A stretch of DNA of 64,000 nt from Christensenellales bacterium (GCA_040766645.1 JAXGQA010000002.1:37424-101423), one strand, 5' to 3'. Shown: positions 1 through 11,190, numbered from the stretch's first letter. Translations and numbers: made by a program. Notes: generated by a model not told the origin, from the letters alone.

Positions 1-2
1 TG

Positions 3-3000
3 TCGGGAGGCAGGCTGTCAGAGCCGGAGGCCCCTTCGCGGGACGGGTTCGCGTTCACAGGGTGGTACAGGACGGCGGACTGCGCGGGCACAGCCTTTGA
101 TTTCGCGTCGGATACGGTGGACGGCGATATCACGCTGTTCGCGGGATGGGAGCTGCATTCGCTGGGCGCGCCGCAGGGCCTTTCGGTAGCCGGCGTCACC
201 TACGATTCCGTGCGCCTGCGTTGGAACGCGGTCGCGAACGCCGATTCTTACAGGGTGCTGCGGGCCGTGGCTGCGGCCGGGCCGTATGAGGAAGCGGGGA
301 CGGTCACGGATACGGAGTTCGATGACAGGGGCCTTGCGACCGGAACCAGCTATTATTACAAGGTACAAGCCTGTCATAACGGGCAGACACTGCCCGAGGC
401 GCTGTCCGGCGCAATTGCGGCCACGCCGCGGCTGTCCGCGCCGGGGAGCCTGAAAGCCGCGTCAAGCCGCTACGACAGGATAAAGCTGACGTGGGGCGCG
501 GTGCCGGGCGCCAACGGGTACAGGATATACAGGGCCGCGTCGGCGACCGGGACGTACGCGCAGGTCGGGACCGTGACCGGGACCGCGTACGAGAACACGG
601 GGCTTGCGACCGGTGTCAGATACTATTACAAGGTGCTGGCCTACAGGACAGTGGGCGCGAATACGGTCACCGGGCCGCTGACCGGCGCCGTATCGGCGGC
701 GCCCGTATTTTCGGCGCCGGGGAACCTGAAGGCGGCGTCGGTGCGCTACGACAGTATAAAGCTGACGTGGAACGCGGTGCCGGGCGCGCGGTACGCGGTA
801 TACAGGGCTGCGTCGGCGAACGGTCCGTACACGCGCCTCGTTTTCACCACATCGACCAGCTATACCAGCACCGGCTCTTGCGACCGGGAAAACGTATTAC
901 TATAAGGTGCGGTCCTACCGCTGGGCCGGGAGACCCGCGTATACGGGAACACGACGGCGGCCGTTTCGGCAAAGCCGGTATTTTCGGCGCCGGGGAACGT
1001 GAAGGCGGCGTCGGTGCGCTACGACAGTATAAAGCTGACGTGGAGCGCGGTGACGGGCGCGCGGTATGCGGTATACAGGGCCGCGTCGGCGAACGGTCCG
1101 TACACACGCCTCGTTTTCACCACGTCGACCAGCTATACCAGCACCGGCCTTGCGACCGGGAGGACGTATTACTATAAGGTGCGGTCCTACCGCTGGGCAG
1201 GGAGCACGCGCGTATACGGGAACACGACGGCGGCCGTTTCGGCAAAGCCGGTATTTTCGGCGCCGGGGAACGTGAAGGCGGCGTCGGCGCGCTACGACCA
1301 AATCAAACTGACCTGGAACGCGGTGCCGGGCGCGGGAGGGTATTCGGTGTACCGGGCCACCTCGTCCGCCGGCGCGTACACGCCATTGGGCAGCACTCCG
1401 TCCCTGAGCTATACCAACACCGGCCTGACCACCGGGCAAACCTATTACTATAAGATAAAGCCCTACCGGATGGCGGGCAAAACCCCCGTGTATGGCAATG
1501 CTTCGGGCGCCATAACGGGTGTGCCCGTGTTCGCCGCCCCGACCGGTTTCACCGCCTCCAGCGGGGGTTTTGACCGCATCAACCTCGCGTGGAACGCGGT
1601 GCCGGGCGCGGAAGGATATTCGGTGTACCGGGCCACCTCGTCCGCCGGCGCGTACACGCATTGGGCGGATACCACGTCCACCAGAGCAACCAACTATGGG
1701 GTCACGCTGAATAAAGCTTATTATTATAAAATAAAGCCTTATCGTACCGCGGGCGGCACGCGCGTATACGGAAACGGCACGTCCGTGAAGGGGGCCGCTG
1801 CCAAAGCCACCGTGCCCGGATCGATATCAGCCAAGGCGGGGTCGGACAGGGAAATCGTGGTGACGTGGAGCGCGGTGGGCGGCGCGACCGGGTACGAGCT
1901 CTACCGGAAGAAGACGTCCGCCGGCACCTATGCGCTGATCAGGGAGTTAACGGCGAACTGCGGCGCGGACACCGGCCTCGAAATGGGCGCGCAGTACTAT
2001 TACAAGGTGCGCGCATTCCGGGTGGTGGACGGCCGCCGCTATTACAGCGGGTGCACCAGGGAAGTCACGGCCAGGCCCGGCGCAAACGGCGTGCTGGACA
2101 GGATGATGACCATAGCGGCGGGCGAGCTGGGGTACGAGGAAATAAAGACCTCCCCCGGCCAGGAAGACGGCTGGACCAAATACGCGATAGACTACGGCAT
2201 CGACAAATACAGCGCGTGGTGCGCGTGCTTCGTTTCGTGGTGCGCCAAGCAGGTGGGTGTGCGGGACACGCTGATACCCAAGTACGCCTGGGTGCTGAGC
2301 GGGAAGGCCTGGTACCAGTCCAGGGGGCGCTATCAGTCGGTCAGTTCGAGCTATGTGCCCCGCAAGGGGGACGTCATCTTCTTCCATTCGGTGGGCGCCA
2401 GCACGACCTCCGGCAACCACACCGGGCTGGTGGAGGCCTACGACCCTGAGGCGCAGATCATCTACACCATTGAGGGCAACATCGGCGACAAGGTGAACCG
2501 GGACACACACGACCGCCACAGCGGCTACGTGGTCGGATTCGGCGTGAACGGCGGGTACAGCCTCGGCGAGGTCCCCACGCCCGCCCCGAGGAATCTCCAG
2601 GCCGCGTCGGCATCCTACGACAGCATACGGCTGAGCTGGGCGTCGGCCGGCACGGGCTGCACCTACGAGGTCTACAGGGCCACGTCCTTCCAGGGGACCT
2701 ATTCGCGCGTCGCGACGACCACGTCGCTGAATTACACCAACACCGGCCTTAAGACCGGTACGACGTATTATTACAAGCTGCGCGCGTACAGGACGGTGGG
2801 AAGCCAGAAAAAGTACAGCGCTTACACCTCGTATGTATCCGCGTACGCGCGGCCGGCGACGCCGTCCAACGTCAGAGCAGCGGGGGACGAAAGCGGCATC
2901 ACCGTGTCCTGGAACGCGGTGGCCGGCGCCACGGGATACGAGGTCAGCCGCGCGACGGCCGCGAACGGGACGTTCACGCTGATAAAGGACGTGGCGGCCA

Positions 3001-3134
3001 TCAGCTATACGGATGCCGCCTGCGCCCCCGGCACGGCATATTATTACAGGGTGCGCGCATATCATACCGAGGACGGCAAGAAGATATACGGGAGCTATTC
3101 GCCGGCCGCCGCCGGTCAAAGGCCGGAGTCCTGA
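3..3134 (+). pseudogene. Secreted peptidoglycan hydrolase, 5' end outside window. Architecture: Listeria-Bacteroides (InlB B-type) repeat + 7 FN3 modules + CHAP amidase/peptidase domain + 2 FN3 modules. Frame broken between ~877 and ~930 as assembled.
   Basis: Frame 3 is open from base 3 (DGFAFTGWYRTADCAGTAFDFASDTVDGDITLFAGW, List_Bact-type repeat). Nine ~91-aa units carry YDSI.L.W..V.GA.GY.VYRA.S..G.Y...T.YT.TGL.TG..YYYKV.AY (FN3-like). CHAP signature KYSAWCACFVSWC ... GDVIFFH ... GNHTGLV ... TIEGN lies at ~2200-2480. ORFs 117..905 and 999..3134 share one frame. Comparison with the next repeat copy shows a +1 indel (ggctcttgc vs ggccttgc, ~875) and a -1 indel (~925). Confidence 0.8.
712..1257 (+). 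repeat. Two near-identical tandem copies of a 273-bp (91-aa) FN3-encoding unit inside the hydrolase gene
   Basis: gtgcgctacgacagtataaagctgacgtgg occurs at 741 and 1014 (offset 273 bp). Flanking sequence is almost identical across the whole unit. The other FN3 units are much more diverged. Confidence 0.8.
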
Positions 3135-3238
3135 CCCGGGCCGCTGGAGAAAAAATTAACACAAATCCCGTATCCAAACAGGGCGATCTGTGTTTTAATA
3201 GATTTGTATATCGACCCTGAACATGGAGGGAAACGGGA

Positions 3239-3841
3239 ATGAAAACCAGAGCCGAGATAAAATTTGAGGCCAAAATGGCCTTTATGACGCAGTATGGCAA
3301 CGCGGTGGCCGTATGCCTGCTGGCCACGCTCCTGCCGTCCGCGGGATCGGCGATGGTCATCGGGCTGCTCCTGCTGCCCCTCATCGTGGGGCACGCCTGC
3401 TTTTCGATGCGGGTGTACAGGCGGGAGCAGGCCACGGTGGGGGAGTTCTTTACGGCGGGGTTCGCGGATTACGGGCGGAACCTGTTGGGGACCATCTGGA
3501 TGTACCTGTTCATCTTCCTTTGGTCGCTGCTTTTCATCGTTCCCGGCATCGTCAAGGCGTTCTCCTACTGGATGACGCCGTACCTGCTGGCCGACTGTCC
3601 CAACGTCGACCCGCAGGAGGCGCTCAAGCTATCCATGCGGATGACGGACGGGCGCAAGGGCGAGATATTCGTCATGTACCTGAGCTTTCTGGGATGGATG
3701 ATACTGTCGGCGTGCACTGCCATGATTCTGTATGTGCTCTATGTCGGACCGTACATGCACACCAGCATGGCCGGGCTGTATCTCAAGCTCAAGCAGGAGG
3801 CGCTGGACCGCGGCGTTGTGCGCCCGGAGGAGCTTGCGTAG
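3239..3841 (+). CDS. DUF975 family integral membrane protein
   Basis: The N-terminal MKTRAEIKFEAKMAF motif, several hydrophobic spans and LWSLLFIVPGIVKAFSYWMTPYLLADCP ... ALKLSMRMTDGRKGEIFVMYLSFLGW match my recollection of the DUF975 pattern. Confidence 0.65.
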   Translation: MKTRAEIKFEAKMAFMTQYGNAVAVCLLATLLPSAGSAMVIGLLLLPLIVGHACFSMRVYRREQATVGEFFTAGFADYGRNLLGTIWMYLFIFLWSLLFIVPGIVKAFSYWMTPYLLADCPNVDPQEALKLSMRMTDGRKGEIFVMYLSFLGWMILSACTAMILYVLYVGPYMHTSMAGLYLKLKQEALDRGVVRPEELA

Positions 3842-3932
3842 AACGAAAGCGCATGAAACGCGGAAGGGTATGCCGGCAGAATGTTGAGGCATGCCCTTTG
3901 TTTTCATTAAAATGGATAAGGGCCTATTAACA

Positions 3933-4466
3933 ATGGAAATCAGACCGGTCAACGAACACGATGACAGACTGGCCATAAGCCATGTTTATGAGGCAAGCTG
4001 GAAAAGCGCCTATAAAGGCATTATCCCGCAGGCATACCTGGATGGTATTCCTCAAGGCCGCTGGGCGCAAGCTGTTGACCATCCCGCGTGGCGCACGCTG
4101 GTCATGCTGGATGGCGGCAGGATAATAGGTACGTCTTCGTATTGCGCGTCCAGATGTGCAGATATGGACGGCTATGGCGAAATCGTATCGCTCTATCTTT
4201 TGCCCGAATATTTTGGGAAAGGCCATGGAAAGCGATTGCTGCAGGCCGCGGTCGACGGTCTGACGCAAATGGGATATACGGACATTTTTCTGTGGGTATT
4301 GGAAGACAACGCGAAAGCAAGGCGTTTTTATGAATGTTTTGGGTTTAAAGCCAGCGGCGCGTATCTGGATGACGATATCGGCGGGAAAAAACTGCGGGAA
4401 ATACAGTATATTTACCATGTCAGGCAGCCTGTAATCCCCGATTTGCCACCCGGTTCACAAGCTTAG
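3933..4466 (+). CDS. GNAT family N-acetyltransferase
   Basis: MEIRPVNEHDD ... GEIVSLYLLPEYFGKGHGKRLLQAAV ... LWVLEDNAKARRFYECFGFK (acetyl-CoA binding Q/RxxGxG/A-type motif). The ATG at 3933 is preferred over 3891 because homologues start at this point. Confidence 0.8.
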   Translation: MEIRPVNEHDDRLAISHVYEASWKSAYKGIIPQAYLDGIPQGRWAQAVDHPAWRTLVMLDGGRIIGTSSYCASRCADMDGYGEIVSLYLLPEYFGKGHGKRLLQAAVDGLTQMGYTDIFLWVLEDNAKARRFYECFGFKASGAYLDDDIGGKKLREIQYIYHVRQPVIPDLPPGSQA

Positions 4467-4586
4467 CGCCTGGCGTCAGAACGCGCTTGCCGGGCAGCTC
4501 CCAACCGGCCCCGCACGTGCGCTTTTTATATGCCGTGACAGCATACATGGGTATGCGGTATAATCGCTTTTAAGGGGATGGGGCCG

Positions 4587-5261
4587 ATGAGAAGAAGACG
4601 GAGAAAAGGCGGGATACTGCGGCGCGCGCTGGCCGCCGTCGCGGCGGTGGCGGTGCTGGCGGTCGGGTTCGCAGTGTTCTGCAGGCTGCATGTGGACGCG
4701 GCGCGCGCGGACGGCGTGTATCCGATAACCGATGTCGCGTCGGTGCCTTCCGCGGACTACGCGATAGTGCCCGGCGCGGCTATCTACGAGAACCGCGTCA
4801 TGAGCCGGCATATGCAGGACCGCCTGGACACCGCGATCCGGCTGTACGAGGCGGGCAAGGTGCGGACCATCCTCCTTTCGGGCGGGTTTTCGGCCGTCAA
4901 CGGGGAATACGAGGCCCGCATGATGCGCGATTACGCGCTCCAAAAGGGCGTACCCGTAAAGGACATCGTGGTGGACAACGCGGGGGCGGATACTCTGGAC
5001 ACGCTGCTGCGCGCAAAGGAGTATTTCGGGGACAAGAAAGCGCTCATCTGCACGCAGTACATGTTCGCCGCCCGCACGCTGTACCTCGCGCGCGCCGCGG
5101 GGCTGAAATCCAGCGTGGCGGCGGCCGACATACAGGAATACGCGTGGAACCCGTTGAACGACGTCCGCGAATTCTTCGCGCCGACCAAAGCGTTTTTGGA
5201 TGTGCAGTTGGGCGCGAAGGCCGCGCAGACCATCGGACAGTTTCCGTATGAAACGAGATAA
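4587..5261 (+). CDS. SanA/YdcF (DUF218) family membrane-anchored protein
   Basis: Arg-rich N-terminus plus a TM helix, then DYAIVPGAAIYENRVMSRHMQDRLDTAIRLYEAGKVRTILLSGG, typical of SanA/DUF218. RBS aagggg at 4572-4577 favours the ATG at 4587 over 4578. Confidence 0.75.
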   Translation: MRRRRRKGGILRRALAAVAAVAVLAVGFAVFCRLHVDAARADGVYPITDVASVPSADYAIVPGAAIYENRVMSRHMQDRLDTAIRLYEAGKVRTILLSGGFSAVNGEYEARMMRDYALQKGVPVKDIVVDNAGADTLDTLLRAKEYFGDKKALICTQYMFAARTLYLARAAGLKSSVAAADIQEYAWNPLNDVREFFAPTKAFLDVQLGAKAAQTIGQFPYETR

Positions 5262-5340
5262 CGACGCCACCCGTTACAGCAATGCAAAGATTGTGAACGG
5301 GATCAGGGAACCTTGGTATTGCATAATAAGGAGGCAGCAC

Positions 5341-5958
5341 TTGCGAAAAAAACACATCGGCCTCTGCGCCGTACTCATAATCGTTCTGCTGGCCGGGGGG
5401 TGCGGCGGAGCGCCGGTATCCATCGACCCGCTGGGGCTGATGGACGACCAGCGCCTGTGGGAATACGCCGACGGCGACATCCAGGCGCTGGGGGCGCGGG
5501 CCGCGGCGCCGGCCGACCTTCAGGGAGACGAGGCCTTCGACTATATCAAGGAAAACGTTTCCTTCTGCGGCGCGAACGGCAGGGCCGTATTCCTGCTGGA
5601 CGGCGGGACGCTGTTTTTGTATGCGTACAGCGCGCCGTTGGACTTTGACGCGGGCGCGTTCGTGGAAACCTTCGAGGAGGCTTACGCAGCGCTTACCGAA
5701 AAGCTGGGCGGACAGGCGCGGACGGACGGCACGCGGGCGGCGGAGGACGGTCAGAGCACGGCCTGCGGCCCGGACGCCGTGCGCGCGGACTTCGAAGGCG
5801 GAGCCGTCGGCAGGATCGATTATACCTTCTCGTTTTTCAGGCAGGATGTGACGCCCTGGCAGTCGGTGCAGTTGGCGCTGCACGTGTCCTACGCGGACCG
5901 GACGGCAGGCATCGAGCTGGTGCACGCGTGCTACGGATACAGTGATATTCCGGAATAA
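5341..5958 (+). CDS. Putative lipoprotein, function unknown
   Basis: RBS aggagg at 5328-5333, then TTG at 5341. Product begins (M)RKKHIGLCAVLIIVLLAGGCGG, a signal peptide with lipobox LAGGC. The upstream part of ORF 5200..5958 overlaps sanA and is rejected. Confidence 0.6.
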   Translation: MRKKHIGLCAVLIIVLLAGGCGGAPVSIDPLGLMDDQRLWEYADGDIQALGARAAAPADLQGDEAFDYIKENVSFCGANGRAVFLLDGGTLFLYAYSAPLDFDAGAFVETFEEAYAALTEKLGGQARTDGTRAAEDGQSTACGPDAVRADFEGGAVGRIDYTFSFFRQDVTPWQSVQLALHVSYADRTAGIELVHACYGYSDIPE

Positions 5959-5972
5959 GGATCGAATACATC

Positions 5973-5996
5973 AAAAAGGCCTGTACGGCCTTTTTT
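5973..5996 (+). terminator. Rho-independent terminator after the lipoprotein gene
   Basis: aaaaaggcc-tgtac-ggccttttt hairpin with a T-run. Confidence 0.6.
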
Positions 5997-6001
5997 ATAA
6001 C

Positions 6002-6030
6002 AAAAGCCGGCATGCGGGATGCCGGCTTTT
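6002..6030 (-). terminator. Rho-independent terminator of deoC (minus strand)
   Basis: aaaagccggcat-gcggg-atgccggctttt: 8-bp GC-rich stem flanked by A/T runs. Confidence 0.65.
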
Positions 6031-6047
6031 CGGGGAGGGGGACGTTG

Positions 6048-6776
6048 TTACGAATCGGAAATGTTCAGCCCCTTATAATAGGTGTCTATCTCGTCGATGA
6101 TCTCCGGGGCGCGGCGCGTGCCCAACCGGGTGGCACCGGCCGCGATGGCCATGATGGTCAGCTGCGCGGGGTTGAACCCGCCGTAACCCGAGAACTTCAC
6201 GCCCACGTTTGCCGGGACGTTGGCGCGCATGATCTTGACCGACTTGACGTTGGGGCTGCCGTTGCGCCCCGACGAGGTCTTCACGAAGTCCACGCCCGCC
6301 TCCACCGCGCATTTGCAGCCGTCGGCCAGCTCCGCGTCGGTCAGCAGGGCTGTCTCCATGATGGATTTCACCTCGTAGCCGGCCGCGTGTCCCAGTTCGA
6401 CGATGGTGCGGATGTCGTCGGTGTAGGTCTTGAAGTCGCCGCCCTTGAGCGCGCCGACGTTGGTGACAAAGTCGATGCAGGCCGGGCGGCCGCGCAGGGC
6501 CTTTATCATCTGCTCTACCTCGTGGGCCTTGTACGCGGTGGGGATGGCGCCGAAGGGGAAACCGGCGACGATTGCCGCCTCCATGCCCGTGCCCTCCAGC
6601 AGGTCGGCCACAAGCTCCATCCACAGGGGGTTGGTGTGCACGCCCTTGACCTTGTACTTCTTGGCGATCTCGACGGAATCGCGCACCTGCTTTTCGGTGG
6701 TGTTCGGATCCAGTACGGCAAAGTCGATCATGCCGGCTATTTTGTCTCGGTCGTAGGTGATGCCATTGATAATCAT
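6048..6776 (-). CDS. deoC: Deoxyribose-phosphate aldolase family protein (DeoC/LacD class I aldolase fold)
   Basis: IDFAVLDPNTTEKQV ... ACIDFVTNVGALKGGD ... GVDFVKTSSG (Schiff-base Lys context) ... GATRLGT. Confidence 0.75.
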   Translation of the reverse strand: MIINGITYDRDKIAGMIDFAVLDPNTTEKQVRDSVEIAKKYKVKGVHTNPLWMELVADLLEGTGMEAAIVAGFPFGAIPTAYKAHEVEQMIKALRGRPACIDFVTNVGALKGGDFKTYTDDIRTIVELGHAAGYEVKSIMETALLTDAELADGCKCAVEAGVDFVKTSSGRNGSPNVKSVKIMRANVPANVGVKFSGYGGFNPAQLTIMAIAAGATRLGTRRAPEIIDEIDTYYKGLNISDS

Positions 6777-6970
6777 CTGTTCATCCTCCGGTCGTAAATA
6801 GATAAGGTTTTATAGAAAGCCTGCAGGCTTTGCATCAACAAAGGTTACAACATGAGTATACAGGTAAACGCCAATAAAAGCAAGAGCCTGTACACCACAA
6901 AACGCATGACGGAGAACGGAAAACGGAAATCGCCGGAAGCCCAGGGCGATGGGAAAAAGGAGCAGTCCCT

Positions 6971-8437
6971 TCAACCGGGTTGCTCGCCTGTGTCCCTGTT
7001 CAGCTCGAACCAGAAGGTGGCGCCCCCGTTGGGTTCGTTGAGGGCGCCGAAGGCCGTGCCGTGCATCTGCATAATGGCCTTGACGATGGAAAGGCCGAGC
7101 CCCTGGTTCATGGCCGATCCGCCGCTGCCCTTGTAATACCGGTCCCAGATGTGGTCGATGTCGGTGGCCTGTATCCCCGGACCGGTGTCGGTCACGCGCA
7201 CCCGCACCGAGGATTCCGTTTCCTCCATCGACACGAACACCGTCTTGTCCTTGCCGGTGTGCCGGACGGCGTTGTTGAGGAGGTTGAACAACACCTGTTC
7301 GACGCGTTTTTTATCTGCGAATACGTACGCGGGCGCGTTCTGCGTAAAGACGAAACTGTAGCCGTGCTGAGCGTGCAGGGCGTAGCGGGACAGCACGCTT
7401 TGGATGGTTTCGGTGAGGTCGAAGTCGGAGGGGTAGAACTCGGCGGCCCCGGCCTGCATTTTGGAAACGTCCATCATGTTTTCCACCAGGCCGGCCAGCC
7501 GCTCGCATTCCTCGATAATGATCTGCAGGTGAACGTCGCGCTTTTCGGCGCTGTCGCCCGATATGTCCCGAACCATCTCGGCGTAGGCCCGGATCATGGT
7601 CAGCGGAGTGCGCAGGTCGTGGGATACGTTGGCGATAAGCTCGCGGCGCAGGGTTTCCACCTTATTGAGGCCCTCGGCGGCGTAGTTCAGCGCGGAGGCG
7701 AGCTGGTCGATCTCGTCGTAGCTCCCGGCAGGGAAGGCAACGTCGTAGTTTCCCGCGGCCAGCTTCGCGGCGGTCCCGGTGATGCGCCGTATCGGCCGCG
7801 CTATCCGGGTGGCGATAAGCAGGGAGATGCCGAGGCCCAGCGCCAGGACGATGAAGGTGACGATGACCAGCTGGTTGCTCAGGATGTTCACGGTCTCGTT
7901 CAGCGGCGCGAGCTGCGAACTGACCAGGAGGGCGGAGGTTTCGCCGCTTTGGGAGCGGACCACCTTGCCATACAGGAGCATGGGCGTGTTCTGCACGTCC
8001 CGGAAGTACTCGATGAAGGCGCCGTCCGGGTTTTGGAACACCTGCTCCACCACGTCGGCGCGCAGGTTGTCTCCGACCGGTCCGCCGGGCTTCGCGTTCC
8101 TGCCCCCTTCCATATACGTCCGGACCGGCGTCATGAAATCCCGGCCCACGGGGTTGACGGAATAGAGCGCGCTGCCGCCGGAATCGAGTATGGCGATGAA
8201 GACGTCGCTCTGGTTCGCGATTTCGTCCAGCCCGGTCTGCAGCTCCGTCCCCGATGTTCCCGCGTACAGGGCCGAGACCCTGTCGGCCGCGGCCGAGATG
8301 CTCTGCTCCTTCATCTGCTTGTAGTACGTGTTTATAAATACCGTCTGCAAAAACCAGAGCAGGCAGAGTATGATAAGCGAGAAAAGCATGAAATACAGCC
8401 AGAGCTTGAATTTTATGCCGTTTGTTCTAAGCTTCAA
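6971..8437 (-). CDS. Sensor histidine kinase (2 TM, HAMP, HisKA, HATPase_c)
   Basis: H-box NVSHDLRTPLT, N-box LLNNAVRHT, G-boxes DTGPGI and GLGLSIVK. N-terminal TM plus a second TM before the HAMP-like region. Overlaps the response-regulator stop. Confidence 0.9.
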   Translation of the reverse strand: MKLRTNGIKFKLWLYFMLFSLIILCLLWFLQTVFINTYYKQMKEQSISAAADRVSALYAGTSGTELQTGLDEIANQSDVFIAILDSGGSALYSVNPVGRDFMTPVRTYMEGGRNAKPGGPVGDNLRADVVEQVFQNPDGAFIEYFRDVQNTPMLLYGKVVRSQSGETSALLVSSQLAPLNETVNILSNQLVIVTFIVLALGLGISLLIATRIARPIRRITGTAAKLAAGNYDVAFPAGSYDEIDQLASALNYAAEGLNKVETLRRELIANVSHDLRTPLTMIRAYAEMVRDISGDSAEKRDVHLQIIIEECERLAGLVENMMDVSKMQAGAAEFYPSDFDLTETIQSVLSRYALHAQHGYSFVFTQNAPAYVFADKKRVEQVLFNLLNNAVRHTGKDKTVFVSMEETESSVRVRVTDTGPGIQATDIDHIWDRYYKGSGGSAMNQGLGLSIVKAIMQMHGTAFGALNEPNGGATFWFELNRDTGEQPG

Positions 8438-9098
8438 ACTTATACCCCGTCCCCCGCAGCGTGATAATGAATTTACGGTACGGACCCAGTTTGGCCCGGA
8501 GCATCTTTATATGGGTATCCACGGTCCTGTAATCACCGAAGAACGTATATCCCCAAACGCCGCAGAGCAGGTTATCGCGCGTGAGAGCGGTGTTCTCGCG
8601 CTGGGCCATGTAAAACAGAAGGTCGTATTCCTTGGGGGTGAGGGCCACGGCTTCGCCGTCCACCACCACTTTCTTGCCCTTGAAATCGATTTCCAGGCCC
8701 TCAAAAGTCTTTTTTGCCACCGAGGAGTACGCAGGGTTTCCGTTGCGCTGAAGGATGGCCTTTATGCGGGCCATCAGCTCCTTGGGGCTGAACGGCTTGA
8801 CCACGTAATCGTCGATGCCCAGCTCGAAGCCGAAGAGCTTGTCGAACTCCTCGCCCCGCGCCGACAGCATCAGGACGGGGATGTAGCTGTTTTTGCGGAT
8901 GGCCTTGCATGCGAGAAAGCCGTCCAGCCTGGGCATCATGATGTCGAGTATGATAAGGTCGAAATCCTGCGCCTCGCACAGCGCGACGGCCTGCATGCCG
9001 TCCTCCGCCTCGACCACTTCATGCCCCTCGAATTCCGCGTATTCCCTGATGACCGAGCGTATGCGCGCCTCGTCGTCCGCAATAAGGATGCGTGCCAT
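8427..9098 (-). CDS. OmpR-family response regulator
   Basis: MARILIADDE ... DLIILDIMMPRLDG ... VLMLSARGEE ... DDYVVKPFSPKEL, with a winged-helix C-terminus (LTPKEYDLLFYMAQ ... TVDTHIKMLRAKL). Confidence 0.9.
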   Translation of the reverse strand: MARILIADDEARIRSVIREYAEFEGHEVVEAEDGMQAVALCEAQDFDLIILDIMMPRLDGFLACKAIRKNSYIPVLMLSARGEEFDKLFGFELGIDDYVVKPFSPKELMARIKAILQRNGNPAYSSVAKKTFEGLEIDFKGKKVVVDGEAVALTPKEYDLLFYMAQRENTALTRDNLLCGVWGYTFFGDYRTVDTHIKMLRAKLGPYRKFIITLRGTGYKFEA

Positions 9099-9167
9099 AG
9101 AAGGATACCTCCCGGTCGTCGTTTTTATTATACCCCCGGACCGAGCGCCGTAAAAGGGTGCTCCGTC

Positions 9168-10397
9168 CTATCCGTCATAGCGCAGCGCCTCTATGGGGTG
9201 GAGCTTGGAGGCCTTGCTGGCCGGATACAGGCCGAACAGCAGCCCGATGGCCAGAGAAAAGCCGAGGGCCAGCCCGGCAACGCTCCCCGAAAGCACCGGC
9301 GTCATATCGAGTATCGGCCCGAGCACCTGTATGAGTACGAAGGAGAGCGCCAGCCCCAGCACGCCGCCCAGCAGGCATACGGCCAGCGCCTCGATGAGGA
9401 ACTGCAGGAGGATGTCCCTGCGCCTGGCCCCGATGGCCTTGCGTATGCCGATCTCGCGCGTGCGCTCGCTTACCGAGACCAGCATGATGTTCATGATGCC
9501 GATGCCGCCCACCAGCAGGGAGATGGCCGCTATGCCGCCCAGCATGTAGGTGAGCGTGCTGGTGGCCGAGTCCAGCGTATCCAGCATGTCGGTCTGGTTG
9601 TAGATGGTGTAATTCTCCGAGGTGCCGTCGCCGGAAGCGTTCCGGCCGTACGCCCGGCTGCTGGCGGTGACCAAAGCGAATTTTTGGTCGAGGTACCGGG
9701 TGAGCACGGCCTGGGCGGTAGTCACCTGGTCGGCCGAGGAGGCCGAGGCGTAGAACGTGCTGATGCCGGGCGTGAAAAATATCCGTTCGGCCAGCGTGAA
9801 GGGGATGATGATCTGGTTGTCGTTGGTTCCGGCCGTGCTCGAACCCTGTTCGTCCAAAAGGCCGACGACGGTAAAGGCGTACCCGTCCATGCGGAAGGTC
9901 TGCCCGAGCACGTCCCGCGAATCGAAAAGTTCGTCGGCAACGTCCACGCCGATAACGGCCACAAAGCTCCGGTTGTCCAGGTCGGGCTGTTTAAGGAAGC
10001 GGCCGTCCGAAACGCCGAGGTCGCGGATCGCGTCGTACCCCGGCACCGTACCGATGACCAAGCCTTCGTCGTATTCGTTGGTCCCGGCCTTGGCCGTAGC
10101 CGAGGAGGTGACGGCCGGCGCGATGCCCGAAATGACGTCGCTGTTGTTGGCGAGTTCGTTCAGCTCGTCTACGGTCAGGGAGACGTCGCGGGCGGAGAGG
10201 AGATTGACCGTCAGAAGGTTCGTGCCCAGGCTCTCGATGCTGGACGCGACCGAGTCGTTGGCGCCCTGGCCGATGGCCACCAGCACCGTCACGGCTATAA
10301 CGCCGATGATGATGCCGAGTATGGTCAGGAACGAGCGCAGCTTGTTCCCGGCGATGGATTTTACGGCCATGCGGAGCGATTGCCCGATCATGCGCAT
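9168..10397 (-). CDS. ABC transporter permease, MacB/FtsX type (YknZ-like)
   Basis: MacB_PCD-like N-terminus ([23 protein letters not shown]), a large extracytoplasmic loop, and a C-terminal FtsX domain ([29 protein letters not shown]). Confidence 0.85.
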   Translation of the reverse strand: MRMIGQSLRMAVKSIAGNKLRSFLTILGIIIGVIAVTVLVAIGQGANDSVASSIESLGTNLLTVNLLSARDVSLTVDELNELANNSDVISGIAPAVTSSATAKAGTNEYDEGLVIGTVPGYDAIRDLGVSDGRFLKQPDLDNRSFVAVIGVDVADELFDSRDVLGQTFRMDGYAFTVVGLLDEQGSSTAGTNDNQIIIPFTLAERIFFTPGISTFYASASSADQVTTAQAVLTRYLDQKFALVTASSRAYGRNASGDGTSENYTIYNQTDMLDTLDSATSTLTYMLGGIAAISLLVGGIGIMNIMLVSVSERTREIGIRKAIGARRRDILLQFLIEALAVCLLGGVLGLALSFVLIQVLGPILDMTPVLSGSVAGLALGFSLAIGLLFGLYPASKASKLHPIEALRYDG

Positions 10398-11069
10398 ACC
10401 TCCTTTGAATCCCGGACGATTCTGCCGTCCTCCATATACAGCTGGCGTTCAGCCTGCTCGGCTATCGAAGCGTCGTGCGTGATAAGGACGATGGTGTTGC
10501 CGCCCTGGTGGAGCGTGTGGAACATGGCCAGAAGCTCCCTGCCTGTTTTGGAGTCGAGGTTCCCGGTAGGTTCATCGGCCAGTATGAGGGAAGGGCCGCT
10601 GACCAGCGCCCGGGCGATGGCCACGCGCTGCTGCTGTCCGCCCGAAAGCTGGGGCCGGCCGGTGGCCGGTGCGGTGCTCCAGGCCCACGCGCCCCAGCGC
10701 CGCCAGCGCGCGCTCCTGCGCTGGGCGGGGGGCACGTTCTGATAAACGAGGGAAGCTCCACGTTCTCCAGCGCGGAAAGCCGTCCCAGGAGATTGAAATT
10801 CTGGAATATGAAGCCGATTTTCCGGCTGCGGATGTGGGCCAGCTCGTCGTCGCCGCGTCCGGCGACCGGGAGGTCCTCCAGTTCGTATACGCCCCTGTCC
10901 GGGATGTCCAGGCAGCCGATGATGTTCATCAGGGTGGATTTCAGCTGCCCGAGGGGCCGACGATGGCCACAAACTCGTTTTTCTCCACACGGAAGGATAC
11001 GCCGTCCAGCGCGTGCACCAGTTCGTCGCCCATCTTATATGTTTTGCCTATGTCCCGCATCGTGATCAT
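10388..11069 (-). pseudogene. ABC transporter ATP-binding protein (MacB/YknY-like), frameshifted as assembled
   Basis: RBS aggagg, then ATG (rc) at 11069: [42 protein letters not shown], then the frame is lost inside Walker A (ggcagc-tg-aaatccaccctg, one nt missing). Later pieces appear in other frames: [22 protein letters not shown] ... [11 protein letters not shown], then [15 protein letters not shown] ... [12 protein letters not shown] ... ITHD. Length 682 nt is not a multiple of 3. Confidence 0.85.
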
Positions 11070-11190
11070 GCTCAGGCCTCCTTATATCAGTTCCCCGGCG
11101 CGTTGCCGCCGCTGTTGCCTCCGCCGCTGTCGTTGCCCATGTCCGGCGGGGCTCCGCCCTGGTTCATCATCCTGTTTCCCATGCCGCCGC

